Shown here: positions 9,495 to 19,187 of the stretch, one piece after another
Layout: the number at the start of each line of letters is the position of its first letter
Numbering within the stretch: the stretch's first letter is position 1
Assembly (NCBI GenBank): GCA_035454925.1
Contig: DATIFZ010000067.1
Location: forward strand, 2,960-66,959
DNA from: Nitrososphaeraceae archaeon
GTDB lineage: Archaea; Thermoproteota; Nitrososphaeria; Nitrososphaerales; Nitrososphaeraceae
Direction: 5' to 3'
DNA length: 64,000 nt
Translations under genes and position numbers: made by a program
The notes under the pieces: model-generated
Seen by the model: the letters and a program-made list of their open reading frames with translations, nothing else
Told to the model about the DNA's origin: nothing
Database searches by the model: none

Positions 9495-10607
9495 ATGGGA
9501 TTTGTACAGACCATTAGGGAAGACGAATTAACCAATGGAACAAGTAAAGTAATTTCTGTAAAGGGTAAAGATATTGTGTTATTTAACATAGGTGACAGGA
9601 TTACCGCATTGGGCAATAGTTGCCTGCATAAGGGTGGTCCACTTGCAAAGGGAAAGATAGAAAAAAAATACGATGGCTTTTATGTTACTTGCCCATGGCA
9701 TGGGTGGGAATATAATATCTCGAATGGAAAGGCACCTCCTGGTTACGATGAACAACAATCGGTTTTTGATGTCAGAATAGTTAATGGAAAGATCTTTGTT
9801 TCAAGTCAACCTATCGTTTATTCGTCTAAGAAAAAATATGATAGCCCGTTGAAGGATCTAATAGAGCTTGAATTTCAGACCACAACTAATTCATTGAACA
9901 TTCTGGGAATATCTACTACAAATATGAACGACAATTTGAAAAGAGATTCTACTTCTGAAATATCGCTTAATAAAGCACTGTCCTATGCAAAGGAAAAATA
10001 CAAGGCATCCACAGTTCTCCTAAGACTCAGAGATCTTGAATTCAGACACTGTGAAGGGTATTACAGCATTAATGAACAGGCATGTACGTGGCCCTGCTCG
10101 ATTTCAGAGATGGATGAAAACGATGGGATGAATGAAGTTTATAGAAAGATGATACTCTGGGCGGATATTGTAATTATCTCTACGCCAATAAGATGGGGTA
10201 ATGCATCTTCATTATACCATAAAATGATAGAACGACTAAATTGCGTACAAAATCAGACCACACTTCACGATCGTGTGCTTGTCAAAAATAAGGTTGCATG
10301 TTTTATTATTACTGGAGGACAAGACAATATACAACATGTTGCAGGAAATATGATGATGTTTTTCACCGAGCTTGGATTTTCATTGCCTCCGTTTGCATTT
10401 ATGGGCTGGAGTAGAGGTTGGACCGCAGAGGATATGGAAAATAATGTAATTCAATTTTCAAAATCCCGATACATTAACAGGTCAGTTAAGGATCTTGTCG
10501 ACAACAGTATAAAATTACTTTATCAAATTAAGGCTAATCCATGTAAAGTTGTATCTTCCCCCCAGCCAAAAATTGTGGAGGCTCTGACAAAAACAAAGCA
10601 GGATTAA
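9495..10607 (+). CDS. Rieske [2Fe-2S] domain fused to a flavodoxin-like NADPH-dependent FMN reductase domain
   Basis: N-terminal CLHKGGPL...CPWHGWEY (CxH...CxxH). The C-terminal half has ILGISTT...ADIVIISTPIRWGNASS...FIITGG, typical of the FMN_red/iron-sulfur flavoprotein fold. Confidence 0.75.
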   Translation: MGFVQTIREDELTNGTSKVISVKGKDIVLFNIGDRITALGNSCLHKGGPLAKGKIEKKYDGFYVTCPWHGWEYNISNGKAPPGYDEQQSVFDVRIVNGKIFVSSQPIVYSSKKKYDSPLKDLIELEFQTTTNSLNILGISTTNMNDNLKRDSTSEISLNKALSYAKEKYKASTVLLRLRDLEFRHCEGYYSINEQACTWPCSISEMDENDGMNEVYRKMILWADIVIISTPIRWGNASSLYHKMIERLNCVQNQTTLHDRVLVKNKVACFIITGGQDNIQHVAGNMMMFFTELGFSLPPFAFMGWSRGWTAEDMENNVIQFSKSRYINRSVKDLVDNSIKLLYQIKANPCKVVSSPQPKIVEALTKTKQD

Positions 10608-10749
10608 GAATTGATGACCTATTAACTAATTGAGCGTAATTATTTTTCACTATTTATTGATTCTATACTAAGGCCATTTCTAATTCAATATTTCATTTAT
10701 TGGATGTCCAGATACAAAATTACATTTGTAAAATAATTTGTTTATGTCA

Positions 10750-12663
10750 CTATTTTTTTGAATCAACAGGTTTTTTTCTAAACTGATTATTCATATTATT
10801 CATTTCATCATTTTTTGCATCAATATTTGATCGGTTCATGACTTTGGTTATCTTTTGTACCTCCTTTTTATAGAGTGTTACTAAATCTGATATCGTAATA
10901 ATTCCGATAACCTTGCTCTCTTCATTTGATAACACTGGCATTTCTTGAAGATCATTTGAGGATAGTCTTACTAATGCGTCGTGAAGCGAGTCAGAGCTAT
11001 ACGCAAAAAAGGGATCCGTAATCATTATACTTTCTAACTTAACCGTCTTACGGTATTCTTCGGGAAATTCAAATATCTTGTGTTTGTATACTACACCCTG
11101 TAATATATCTTCGTCATTAACAACGAGTATCATTTTACTATTGTTACGATTCATTATTTGTAGGGTTTCTTCAATCGAAACATCCTTTGATAATTTATTT
11201 ATCGCGTCCTTGACCACATCTCTTACATATAGATCACTCAAGATGGGACGCTGGTATTCCATTCTGTGCGCGGGCGAATCGGATCTATTGAGTACCTGAC
11301 TTCGAAATATTGAATTATGCTGACCGGACATGATGTATGCAATAAATGTAGCTAGCATCATTGGTGCCAAAAGTGCATATCCTCCCGTCAATTCACTTCC
11401 CATAATAATTGATGAGATTGGTGTTTTTGCTGTTGCTCCAAAGAAAGAAACCATTGCCACAATTATGACAGACGAAACATCAATCCAAGTAAATAACCCT
11501 ATTAAGTGAAATGCTGTACCAATGAACGCTCCAACCAATCCTCCTATTACTAGGGAAGGTCCAAAAACACCTGCACTTCCACCAGAACCAATTGTCAATG
11601 AAGTAGCCAAAATCTTGAGAACAATTACGGTACCAAGAATGTATAGTGGCAACAAAGAATAATCCTTGTCAATTGCAATTTGCAACCATCCGTATGAGGT
11701 ACCTAAAATTTGAGGGAATACTATCCCAATCATTCCTACTAGAACGCCTCCCACAGCTGGCTTTAGATACTTTGGGATTCGAATTCTGCTAAAATAATCA
11801 GATATTATATAAAATGACTTTACATAGACAACACTTACTGCTGCCGAAGCTAATCCTACAATGGCATAAAGAATGAGCGAAGCAGGATGAGTATATTTCA
11901 CCAGATCAAGTGGAATCGAAAATAGACGATCCCATCCGAAGACAAATCCAAAAACGGTATAACCTGTTACAGACGCGACTAAACCAGGAATTAAAGCTCT
12001 CACTTCAAAATCTCTTCTGTAGAATACCTCCGCACTGAAAACCGCACCTCCAAGTGGAATCTTGAATATACTTCCGATTCCAGCTCCAAGACCCGCAGCT
12101 ACTGCAATTCTTCTTTCATCTTCATCTAATTTGAATAGTTTACCAATCAACGATCCGAATGCAGCCGCAATTTGGCCAGCAGGTCCTTCAGTTCCTCCAC
12201 TCCCACCACTTCCTATCGTTATAGAGGAAGCAACAGCTTTCACAAGAGGAACTCTTCCTCTAATATTCCCTCTCTTATGATGATAGGCATCTATTACAGC
12301 ATCTGTTCCATGACCTTCAGATTCTGGCGAGAATCTGGTTGTTATCAATCCTACTAAGAGACCTCCAAGTCCACATATCACTGGTATCAGCCAAGGTCTT
12401 TCGATTAATAGGGAATAGCTAAGATTGTCTTGGAATCCTCCCGGCAATGGTGGAGAATATCCTGTTCCTATTTGGAGAAATAAAGCTGTAAAAAATTCAA
12501 CCGATAGAAAAAGCGCAATTGCACCAAGACCCGCAACTACGCCTAATAGAAAACCTATTAGTATCCACTTTCTGAAATAACTAAAATCTAGATTCCATCT
12601 CATGGTTTTTAATGTTCTAATTATTGATACTAATTGAGAATAGTAAGGAAGATCGGTTTTCAC
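10750..12663 (-). CDS. ClC voltage-gated chloride channel/antiporter with C-terminal CBS pair
   Basis: GSGGSGGTEGP and GSGGSAGVFGPSL selectivity-filter motifs, about 10 TM helices, and a C-terminal CBS-like tandem (VVNDEDILQGVV / IGIITISDLV). Confidence 0.9.
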   Translation of the reverse strand: MKTDLPYYSQLVSIIRTLKTMRWNLDFSYFRKWILIGFLLGVVAGLGAIALFLSVEFFTALFLQIGTGYSPPLPGGFQDNLSYSLLIERPWLIPVICGLGGLLVGLITTRFSPESEGHGTDAVIDAYHHKRGNIRGRVPLVKAVASSITIGSGGSGGTEGPAGQIAAAFGSLIGKLFKLDEDERRIAVAAGLGAGIGSIFKIPLGGAVFSAEVFYRRDFEVRALIPGLVASVTGYTVFGFVFGWDRLFSIPLDLVKYTHPASLILYAIVGLASAAVSVVYVKSFYIISDYFSRIRIPKYLKPAVGGVLVGMIGIVFPQILGTSYGWLQIAIDKDYSLLPLYILGTVIVLKILATSLTIGSGGSAGVFGPSLVIGGLVGAFIGTAFHLIGLFTWIDVSSVIIVAMVSFFGATAKTPISSIIMGSELTGGYALLAPMMLATFIAYIMSGQHNSIFRSQVLNRSDSPAHRMEYQRPILSDLYVRDVVKDAINKLSKDVSIEETLQIMNRNNSKMILVVNDEDILQGVVYKHKIFEFPEEYRKTVKLESIMITDPFFAYSSDSLHDALVRLSSNDLQEMPVLSNEESKVIGIITISDLVTLYKKEVQKITKVMNRSNIDAKNDEMNNMNNQFRKKPVDSKK

Positions 12664-13035
12664 ACAGCTAAACCTGAATACAAATAATTTTCCTTGCTTT
12701 ATAACTGTTATAGCTTACAAAGCAAAAGACAGAACTTGCTTTAGCGGTTTCGCATTCATTTCAAAGTAGTAAATTAGGAATTATTATTTGAAACCACTTT
12801 AGTAATATAACCCTCATTGAACTATGTTACCTCAAGTTAATTAACTAAAACCTTGATTTGCAATGTGAGTGTGAAATGGACAATTTTCATAATTCCATAA
12901 AGAGGTTATTTTATTGCCCGTATTTCGGTCCAGTTATTTTGTATAATGATACTATTGGAGCAGAAAAAATGATAAATTTCCCAGGGGACTCCGTTGAACG
13001 ACTTGACCAGAATATAAATAATACAGTTTATTGTA

Positions 13036-13452
13036 TTGGTGATTATGACGCAGTCTCAAGACGATAAAGGAAATATCAGTTCAAACAGTACTGATATCTT
13101 GAGTTTGATAGATGGCTTTATCGACCAAATATCAGGAATAAAGAGTATCCTCAAGGGTGTTTCTGTATCTGCTCTCATACTAGCTCCGCTTGCAATTGCA
13201 CTTTCTGCATTCTTAATAACTCATTCTTCATTCTTTACCATTCTTCAAAAAGAGTATGATTTTGGGTTTGTGTTAATAATATTACTCGGATCAGTAATTG
13301 CTATTTCTTCTGTATGGATTGTTGCAGGTTTACGGCAATATCGTATGATTAGTGATTGGAATAAGAGATATGCCAATTATCTCACAAATAAGGAAGAAAT
13401 TCGCAAGAGCATTGAATCCGAATACAGCTTTACCGAGGATTCCGAAAATTAA
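13036..13452 (+). CDS. hypothetical membrane protein (2 TM helices)
   Basis: ORF with two clear hydrophobic helices. The real start may be ATG at 13045. Confidence 0.45.
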   Translation: MVIMTQSQDDKGNISSNSTDILSLIDGFIDQISGIKSILKGVSVSALILAPLAIALSAFLITHSSFFTILQKEYDFGFVLIILLGSVIAISSVWIVAGLRQYRMISDWNKRYANYLTNKEEIRKSIESEYSFTEDSEN

Positions 13453-13496
13453 CCAACAATCAGGAAATAAAATTCAGTTATGAAAATAGAACAGAA

Positions 13497-13859
13497 TTAG
13501 TGTCCGTTAACATCAACCGGTCTTGGAAAAAGTTTCTCGTACGGCTCTATAATACTTCTGCAAAAGTCCAACCCTTTTTGAGTTGCGCTATATACAGTTA
13601 CCGTTCTTTTACCTAAAGTTTTTTCTGTTCTAAAAATCAAACCATTGAGTTCCATTTTGTCAAATATTGATCTATGCTTCTTTAAGTTCAGTCCACAAAA
13701 ACTAACTAGGGCAGTCTGGTTAAGCTGGCCATATTCGACAAGCTTCATAATTATGTCTCGAACTATGTAGATTCTATCTCTGTGTGATTGTGAACTTGAC
13801 ACTACTTTAGATTGCAGCTGTTCAGTATATAGACTGTATTCTAGGAATTTGATTTTCAC
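13497..13859 (-). CDS. winged-helix DNA-binding protein (putative transcriptional regulator)
   Basis: IVRDIIMKLVEYGQLNQTALVSFCGLNLKKHRSIFDKMELNGLI...YSATQKGL, a wHTH layout. Confidence 0.55.
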   Translation of the reverse strand: MKIKFLEYSLYTEQLQSKVVSSSQSHRDRIYIVRDIIMKLVEYGQLNQTALVSFCGLNLKKHRSIFDKMELNGLIFRTEKTLGKRTVTVYSATQKGLDFCRSIIEPYEKLFPRPVDVNGH

Positions 13860-13915
13860 CCTATTTTTGTTGAAGCATCAAGAATTACGGAGACGGATAT
13901 AAAAAGTCAATTTGT

Positions 13916-14200
13916 TTATGACACTAGATCCAACATTAGTCTTAATTCATTTATTTCTGTCTGGATTAGTTCTAGTTCGTTGTTATCCCTTACATAAGCA
14001 ATCAATTTCTCACATGCGCTCAATTGATTCAATAAAATATCTCTTTTACCCAAATAAGTAATGGAATCAGCATTTTCCAGAGTATAGATAACCTTTCCAG
14101 AAGACGTATTTGACTTGCAAGTCTTTGCAACCATCAGCGATTCATACGAATTAGTCAATTTTGTAATCACTATTCTCCGTAATTGATTTGTTTTTGTCAT
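13916..14200 (-). CDS. hypothetical protein
   Basis: 94-aa ORF in an otherwise empty interval. No motif. Confidence 0.3.
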   Translation of the reverse strand: MTKTNQLRRIVITKLTNSYESLMVAKTCKSNTSSGKVIYTLENADSITYLGKRDILLNQLSACEKLIAYVRDNNELELIQTEINELRLMLDLVS

Positions 14201-14339
14201 TAATTTTTCTAAACTTCATCAACACTGATATTGTAGAATGAACTAATAAGCGTCGATTAACCTTGTTAACCTTGAAAATTATTTATTAGACAAGTTACAA
14301 ATCCTCTGAAAGAAACTACAATTAAGTTGATTAATTATT

Positions 14340-15200
14340 TTATTGGTTTGCTGCCTTTAATACGGCCTTTGCTTGCTTGTAATGTACGGCATCTATCATT
14401 TTACCATCTAAAAGTATTGCTCCTTTCGGATTCCCATTTTCAATAGAATCCTGTAAAGATGCTAACACTTTTTTTGCCCACTCTATTTGTTTCTTGGTGG
14501 GCCGAAAAATATCATGTACGGGATTAATGTGAGACGGATGAATCAATGTCTTGCCAGAATAACCCAGATTTTTTGCAACTGTAGCGTCCATAGCTAGGCC
14601 ATCAAGATCGCTAACCTGTTGCCAAATGCCGTCCAACGCATCTATTCCAGCAGCTTTTGCATCTACGGGAATTTTTGATCTAGCATAGTTGTAACTAATA
14701 GTTTCATCATATTCAGAGTCAATATTCATGTCATATAAATAATCAAAAACACCAAACACCAAAGCTACCACGTCTTCATGGGCTGAAGCGATAGAATTGG
14801 CATTAACCACTCCTTTTGCTGTTTCTATTGAAGGAATGATTTGGATTCTGGAGGTTAATTTTCTTTTTGATGCAATCATGTGAATTTTGTCAATTACTTG
14901 CATTACTTCCTTACTAGTACCAATCTTTGGTAAAACAATACCGTCCAATCCATTTCCTATGATGCTTTCAAGATCACCGTCAATTATTCCAGAATCCACT
15001 GAATTAATTCTGACATAAATCGGTGATAACTTGTCTTCTTGATACGCAAGATGTTCTGCTACTAAACGTCTCGCTGCTTCCTTTTCATTTGAGGGTACGG
15101 AATCTTCTAGATCAAAACACAGTATATCTGGTTGAAGACTTGCTGATTTCTTTAAGAATCTTTCACTGTTTCCAGGAATGAACAATAAACTCCTGAACAT
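14340..15200 (-). CDS. HpcH/HpaI aldolase - citrate lyase beta (CitE)-like acyl-CoA lyase
   Basis: FRSLLFIPGN..RF..K......D.LCFDLEDSV N-terminus and size are typical of CitE/malyl-CoA lyase-like enzymes. Confidence 0.85.
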   Translation of the reverse strand: MFRSLLFIPGNSERFLKKSASLQPDILCFDLEDSVPSNEKEAARRLVAEHLAYQEDKLSPIYVRINSVDSGIIDGDLESIIGNGLDGIVLPKIGTSKEVMQVIDKIHMIASKRKLTSRIQIIPSIETAKGVVNANSIASAHEDVVALVFGVFDYLYDMNIDSEYDETISYNYARSKIPVDAKAAGIDALDGIWQQVSDLDGLAMDATVAKNLGYSGKTLIHPSHINPVHDIFRPTKKQIEWAKKVLASLQDSIENGNPKGAILLDGKMIDAVHYKQAKAVLKAANQ

Positions 15201-15223
15201 TTAGGAACTAAAAAAATAAAAAG

Positions 15224-16273
15224 TTAGAGTTTTTGAGGTGTTGTCACAATCTTACCAATCTGTTCTGCATTTGCCATCATGGTGTGTCCTTTTGCCATAT
15301 CCGAGAACGGAAGAACTATACTAATCAGTGGCTTAATCTTCCCCTTGGCTGTCCAGTGAATCACCTGCTCTAGTTCTGCTTTAGTACCCTGAGTTGAACC
15401 GAGAAGATTGGTACCCTTGAAGAATAAATATCTTAAATCAATAGTCGAATCGTATCCTGTTGTTGCTCCTGTAGCCACTAAAGTCCCTCCCATCTTGAGA
15501 AGGCCAACTTCCTGTGGGAAAGTTGATTTTCCAATATGTTCGAAAACAACGTCGACTCCTTGTTTATTTGTTATTTCTCTGATTTTTTTATACCAATCTG
15601 TCTCTCTGTGATTTACAACGTGATCAGCGCCCAATTCAATACATTTGTCCATCTTTTCTTTATTACCTGCTGTCGCAATTACGTCGCAGCCATATAGTTT
15701 TGCTATCTGAATACCTGCCATTCCAACCCCACTAGTACCTCCCATGACGAGGACCGTTTGTCCAGGTGTTATTTTGGCTCTACCTACTAGCATATGCCAC
15801 GCAGTCATGCCAACCATTGATACTGCAGCCGCTGCTTCATATGATACGGTATCGGGAATCTTGGTGACATTTACTTCTGGTAAATGAGTATATTGGCAGA
15901 AGCCGCCCCAAAGCGGACCAGTTTGAAAACCCCAAATGAGTCGTTCATTACAATCATATTCTCTTCCCGAAGTACACATATTACAAACCCTACAGCTCAT
16001 GTTAGAATGAGAAACCACCCTATCGCCTACTTTCAATTTTGAAACTTCATTACCTGCTTCAACAATGGTGCCTGCTACATCACTACCTGAAATATGTGGT
16101 AGTGGTACCTTGACTGGGTCACCCCAAATTGCCCAAAGATCGTTGTAGTTGTATCCGGCTGCTTCCACTTTCATCATAACCTCGTTGGGTTTGATTTTGG
16201 GAGTGTCAACGTCGTCTATTTTCACAACTTTCAGAGGATCTTGACTATATTCTCTAAATACTGCTGCTTTCAT
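15224..16273 (-). CDS. zinc-type medium-chain dehydrogenase/reductase (enoyl-/acryloyl-CoA reductase-like)
   Basis: GroES-like N-domain (AAGYNYNDLWAIWG, GSDVAGTIVEAG), structural-zinc Cys cluster (CRVCNMCTSG..C) and Rossmann GGTSGVG. Confidence 0.85.
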   Translation of the reverse strand: MKAAVFREYSQDPLKVVKIDDVDTPKIKPNEVMMKVEAAGYNYNDLWAIWGDPVKVPLPHISGSDVAGTIVEAGNEVSKLKVGDRVVSHSNMSCRVCNMCTSGREYDCNERLIWGFQTGPLWGGFCQYTHLPEVNVTKIPDTVSYEAAAAVSMVGMTAWHMLVGRAKITPGQTVLVMGGTSGVGMAGIQIAKLYGCDVIATAGNKEKMDKCIELGADHVVNHRETDWYKKIREITNKQGVDVVFEHIGKSTFPQEVGLLKMGGTLVATGATTGYDSTIDLRYLFFKGTNLLGSTQGTKAELEQVIHWTAKGKIKPLISIVLPFSDMAKGHTMMANAEQIGKIVTTPQKL

Positions 16274-16417
16274 GAATTTTTTGAAAAGTTCTTAGACTAA
16301 TATAGTTATTTCTTTTAGCATCCACCTTCTAAATTGCTATGCGGAATTGACTAGTTCAAGCATAGTTCGACAGATAGCTCAGATGTTATAAAATGACACT
16401 TGAACTTGTTATTTTGA

Positions 16418-16990
16418 ATGTTTGACAGATTTGATGACATTAATCTCGATTCTATGAGAGTCGCTGGGAAGCTTTGGAATTTAGACATCATTACCACATC
16501 TCCTGTCGAAAGTCATTTAATAGACTATTTCTTGGCTAAATCCTATGTGTTTGAAAGTATTTTTTACACATCATCATCAACACATACAGCCGAAAAGGAC
16601 ACGATGGATATCTATAATCCCCTTCTTGAACAATATAGTGTTGATTTAGCACGGCAGGCACACAATCACAATTATCAGAGGACGCGTCTTATTTCATATA
16701 ATTCTGGTGATAGTTCCAAACCAACAATATCAAATCAATTTACTGCCAATTATAGTGGTCAATCTGATGGCATAGTTTTCGCAAAAGTAGGCATCGGTGG
16801 AGAAGGCTTCTGCCGATTAGAGAGTCGGGCAGCATTTACCGCTACCCCATTCACTATATTTGAATTTCTGAATATAGAGATTAGTAACGGGAGCCCTCAC
16901 ACCAAATTAACAGGAACTTTCTATCACAACAATGGTGACGAAGTGAGAGACCAGTCACTATTGAAAAGGAAATACAAGTTAAGAAGCTGA
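16418..16990 (+). CDS. hypothetical protein
   Basis: 190-aa ORF. No motif recognised. Confidence 0.4.
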   Translation: MFDRFDDINLDSMRVAGKLWNLDIITTSPVESHLIDYFLAKSYVFESIFYTSSSTHTAEKDTMDIYNPLLEQYSVDLARQAHNHNYQRTRLISYNSGDSSKPTISNQFTANYSGQSDGIVFAKVGIGGEGFCRLESRAAFTATPFTIFEFLNIEISNGSPHTKLTGTFYHNNGDEVRDQSLLKRKYKLRS

Positions 16991-17065
16991 TTGACAAGAA
17001 CTAGCTAATCTGGTAAACTTTGCTTAAATATCCTACAAGACGATGGACTTCAAAAATGTTGAAAA

Positions 17066-17347
17066 TCAAGCACGATTTATTCTAAATTTCTTTTTGGGCT
17101 GTTGGAGGTTTATCAAAAGCTGCTTTAGTTCTTCGTCTGATAAAGCCCTGTTCAATTTTCCGGAAGAAGCTGCTGTAATTAGATAATTTTCTACGGCCAT
17201 TGCTAGTTCGGGTTTTACCATTCTGATGTTCATAAGCCTTTGTCTTGCATCCTGGTCTAGCAAGACCATTAGTGCCTTTTGTCTCATCATTGCTTCGGCC
17301 TCGCGCCGCTTCGCCTCTTCGGGATTATCAGATGGTTGAACAGACAT
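17066..17347 (-). CDS. PDCD5/TFAR19-like dsDNA-binding protein
   Basis: EAKRREAEAMMRQKALMVLLDQDARQRLMNIRMVKPELA. The position next to rps19e is conserved in archaea. Confidence 0.85.
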   Translation of the reverse strand: MSVQPSDNPEEAKRREAEAMMRQKALMVLLDQDARQRLMNIRMVKPELAMAVENYLITAASSGKLNRALSDEELKQLLINLQQPKKKFRINRA

Positions 17348-17369
17348 TTATAACCACAATTAATAATTA

Positions 17370-17822
17370 CTAGCCGTATCTTTGGAGCTCTGGTCTTGAG
17401 TTTGCGAGATTCTTGTATATTTCGGTAGCCATTCTGTCGACCTTTTTCATCCCTTCATCAGAAATTGTTCTCCCCTTGCTTTTTTTCGTTATGTAGCCCG
17501 CACCTTCCAACTGCTGCAAAGCCTTTCTTACAATGGCACCACCAGCTTTCTTGTGATGCGCAATATTGTAGCCAGATTGTTTCTTACCTCCGTACTCGCT
17601 TCTAAGATCAGAAATGCCAATAGGACCGTTAATGTACACTTTTCTTAACAACGATGCACACCTGATATACCACCAATCTCTATTCTGTGGAATTTTTTCT
17701 ACATGAGAGCCAGTCTTTACGAATTGGGACCACTGAGGAGCCTCAATTTTTTTATCCTTTTTCAAATTTTCTGCCAAATGAGTTATTAGATCATCGGCAG
17801 GAATATCATAAGCCTTAGCCAT
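17370..17822 (-). CDS. rps19e: 30S ribosomal protein eS19
   Basis: PQWSQFVKTGSHVEKIPQNRDWWYIRCASLLRKVY...GGAIVRKALQQLE. Confidence 0.95.
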   Translation of the reverse strand: MAKAYDIPADDLITHLAENLKKDKKIEAPQWSQFVKTGSHVEKIPQNRDWWYIRCASLLRKVYINGPIGISDLRSEYGGKKQSGYNIAHHKKAGGAIVRKALQQLEGAGYITKKSKGRTISDEGMKKVDRMATEIYKNLANSRPELQRYG

Positions 17823-18093
17823 AAGATTCTATAACATTCTTGGAAATTCCCTTATAAATCATTTTATTCAAATTGCCCACATATTCAACGAGCAGCTCCG
17901 TAATTAGTCAGAATTTTAGAGCACACACAGACAAATAATCCCAATATGCGCCGTCAGTTTTTAAAATAAAATGCCGAGTTCAGATTATAGATAGAATGGT
18001 ATGAATTAACTGATAATCTTTAACATAGTAAAGAAATAAGAGCAATTATTCTAAATTATCGGCCTTCAGTGAAATGAAATCTATTCCATCAAA

Positions 18094-18399
18094 TTAAACC
18101 GCTATTATTTTCCGATAAACATGATTGCATTTCATACAAGTAATTCTTATGCATTTTACCCTGCTTCTACCAATTCTTATTCTTGAATTAACTCCAGGGA
18201 CTATGAATTGTTTACATTTTCTGCAAAACAGTTGATGGATAGAATACGGCATTCTTACTCTTACACGCATTCCGATTTTTAGGGCAAGTTTTGCATACGT
18301 CTGAGATAATTTTTCATCGCTATTTATTTCGTTCAAAGCTTTATCTACCAATATTTCTATTCTTTCAGTCGCTATTCTTTCAATATTCTTCTTATTCAA
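18094..18399 (-). CDS. rnp4: RNase P protein component 4 (Rpp21/Rpr2)
   Basis: IATERIEILVDKA..., then CRKCKQFIVPGVNSRIRI...CMKCNH zinc ribbon. Confidence 0.85.
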   Translation of the reverse strand: MNKKNIERIATERIEILVDKALNEINSDEKLSQTYAKLALKIGMRVRVRMPYSIHQLFCRKCKQFIVPGVNSRIRIGRSRVKCIRITCMKCNHVYRKIIAV

Positions 18400-18503
18400 T
18401 ACAATTCAATCCAGACTAATTATCGATTAGATATTGGTTGTCATCTTGCATTAAAATGCTATGAAATAAATTTAATATTTCGATACGAATTCTGTTATTT
18501 TGA

Positions 18504-19187
18504 TTGTATTCACTTGTGATTATTGAAGCAGCAATAGAACTGGTACCACAAACTCTCAGAAACCATCCATCTGTGAAGAACCATTGCAAGAGAGCAGGTA
18601 GAGATTCTAGCGAAATTCTCCTTGACATTAGTTATCATCATAGAGCAATGGTGGAACAAAACATTAAGCAATGGTGGAAACGAGGCAGACCGGACATAGT
18701 ACATTTCGATCTGGTTGAAGCTCTATCTACCCCTCTATATAAGGAGAAAAAATTGCAAGTTTACGTATCTACGTTTGACAACAACTTACTAATCATGCAT
18801 CAAGATTTGAGAATACCAAAGAATTATCTCAGATTTGAAAGATTAATGATCAGTATTTTTAACAAAACCAGGAGTACGGAGGGTTCAGATTTAATAGAAC
18901 TTAGAGAAAATGTGAGTTTTACTGATCTAGTGCAGAAAATAATTAAACCTCAAGTAGTATTTGGGTTCTCTGTAAAGGGAACAAGAACCAAATTGAGCGA
19001 TATCTTGCACAATAATGAATCCAATTATTCAAAGGATTACTGTTTTGTGGTAGGTGGCTTCCAACGGGGACATTTCTCGGAATCAATTACTCGACTGTGC
19101 AATAATGTATATTCCATTAGTCCTTTTAGTTTGGAATCCCACGTGGTTATAGCAAGATTACTGTACGAATGTGAAAATCATGGTTAA
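18504..19187 (+). CDS. nep1: rRNA small-subunit pseudouridine methyltransferase Nep1 (EMG1)
   Basis: LVIIEAAIELVP..., RGRPDIVHFDL, SPOUT-like C-terminus. TTG start. Confidence 0.85.
   Translation: MYSLVIIEAAIELVPQTLRNHPSVKNHCKRAGRDSSEILLDISYHHRAMVEQNIKQWWKRGRPDIVHFDLVEALSTPLYKEKKLQVYVSTFDNNLLIMHQDLRIPKNYLRFERLMISIFNKTRSTEGSDLIELRENVSFTDLVQKIIKPQVVFGFSVKGTRTKLSDILHNNESNYSKDYCFVVGGFQRGHFSESITRLCNNVYSISPFSLESHVVIARLLYECENHG

Noticed and set aside
12062-12357. Plus-strand ORFs (72 and 61 aa) inside the ClC channel gene
   Set aside because: These are Pro/Ser/Ala-rich shadows of the Gly-rich ClC motifs.
17823-18093. tRNA or small RNA gene in the rps19e-rnp4 spacer and other long spacers (12664-12857, 20072-20381, 28752-29072)
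   Set aside because: No cloverleaf-compatible acceptor or T-arm (GGTTCRAATCC-like) sequence, and no convincing C/D box pairing, was found by eye. A covariance-model scan would be needed to exclude sRNAs.
18416-18704. Minus-strand ORFs (70 and 64 aa) across the rnp4-nep1 divergent promoter and the nep1 5' end
   Set aside because: They overlap the well-supported Nep1 N-terminus and the promoter region, and have no motifs.
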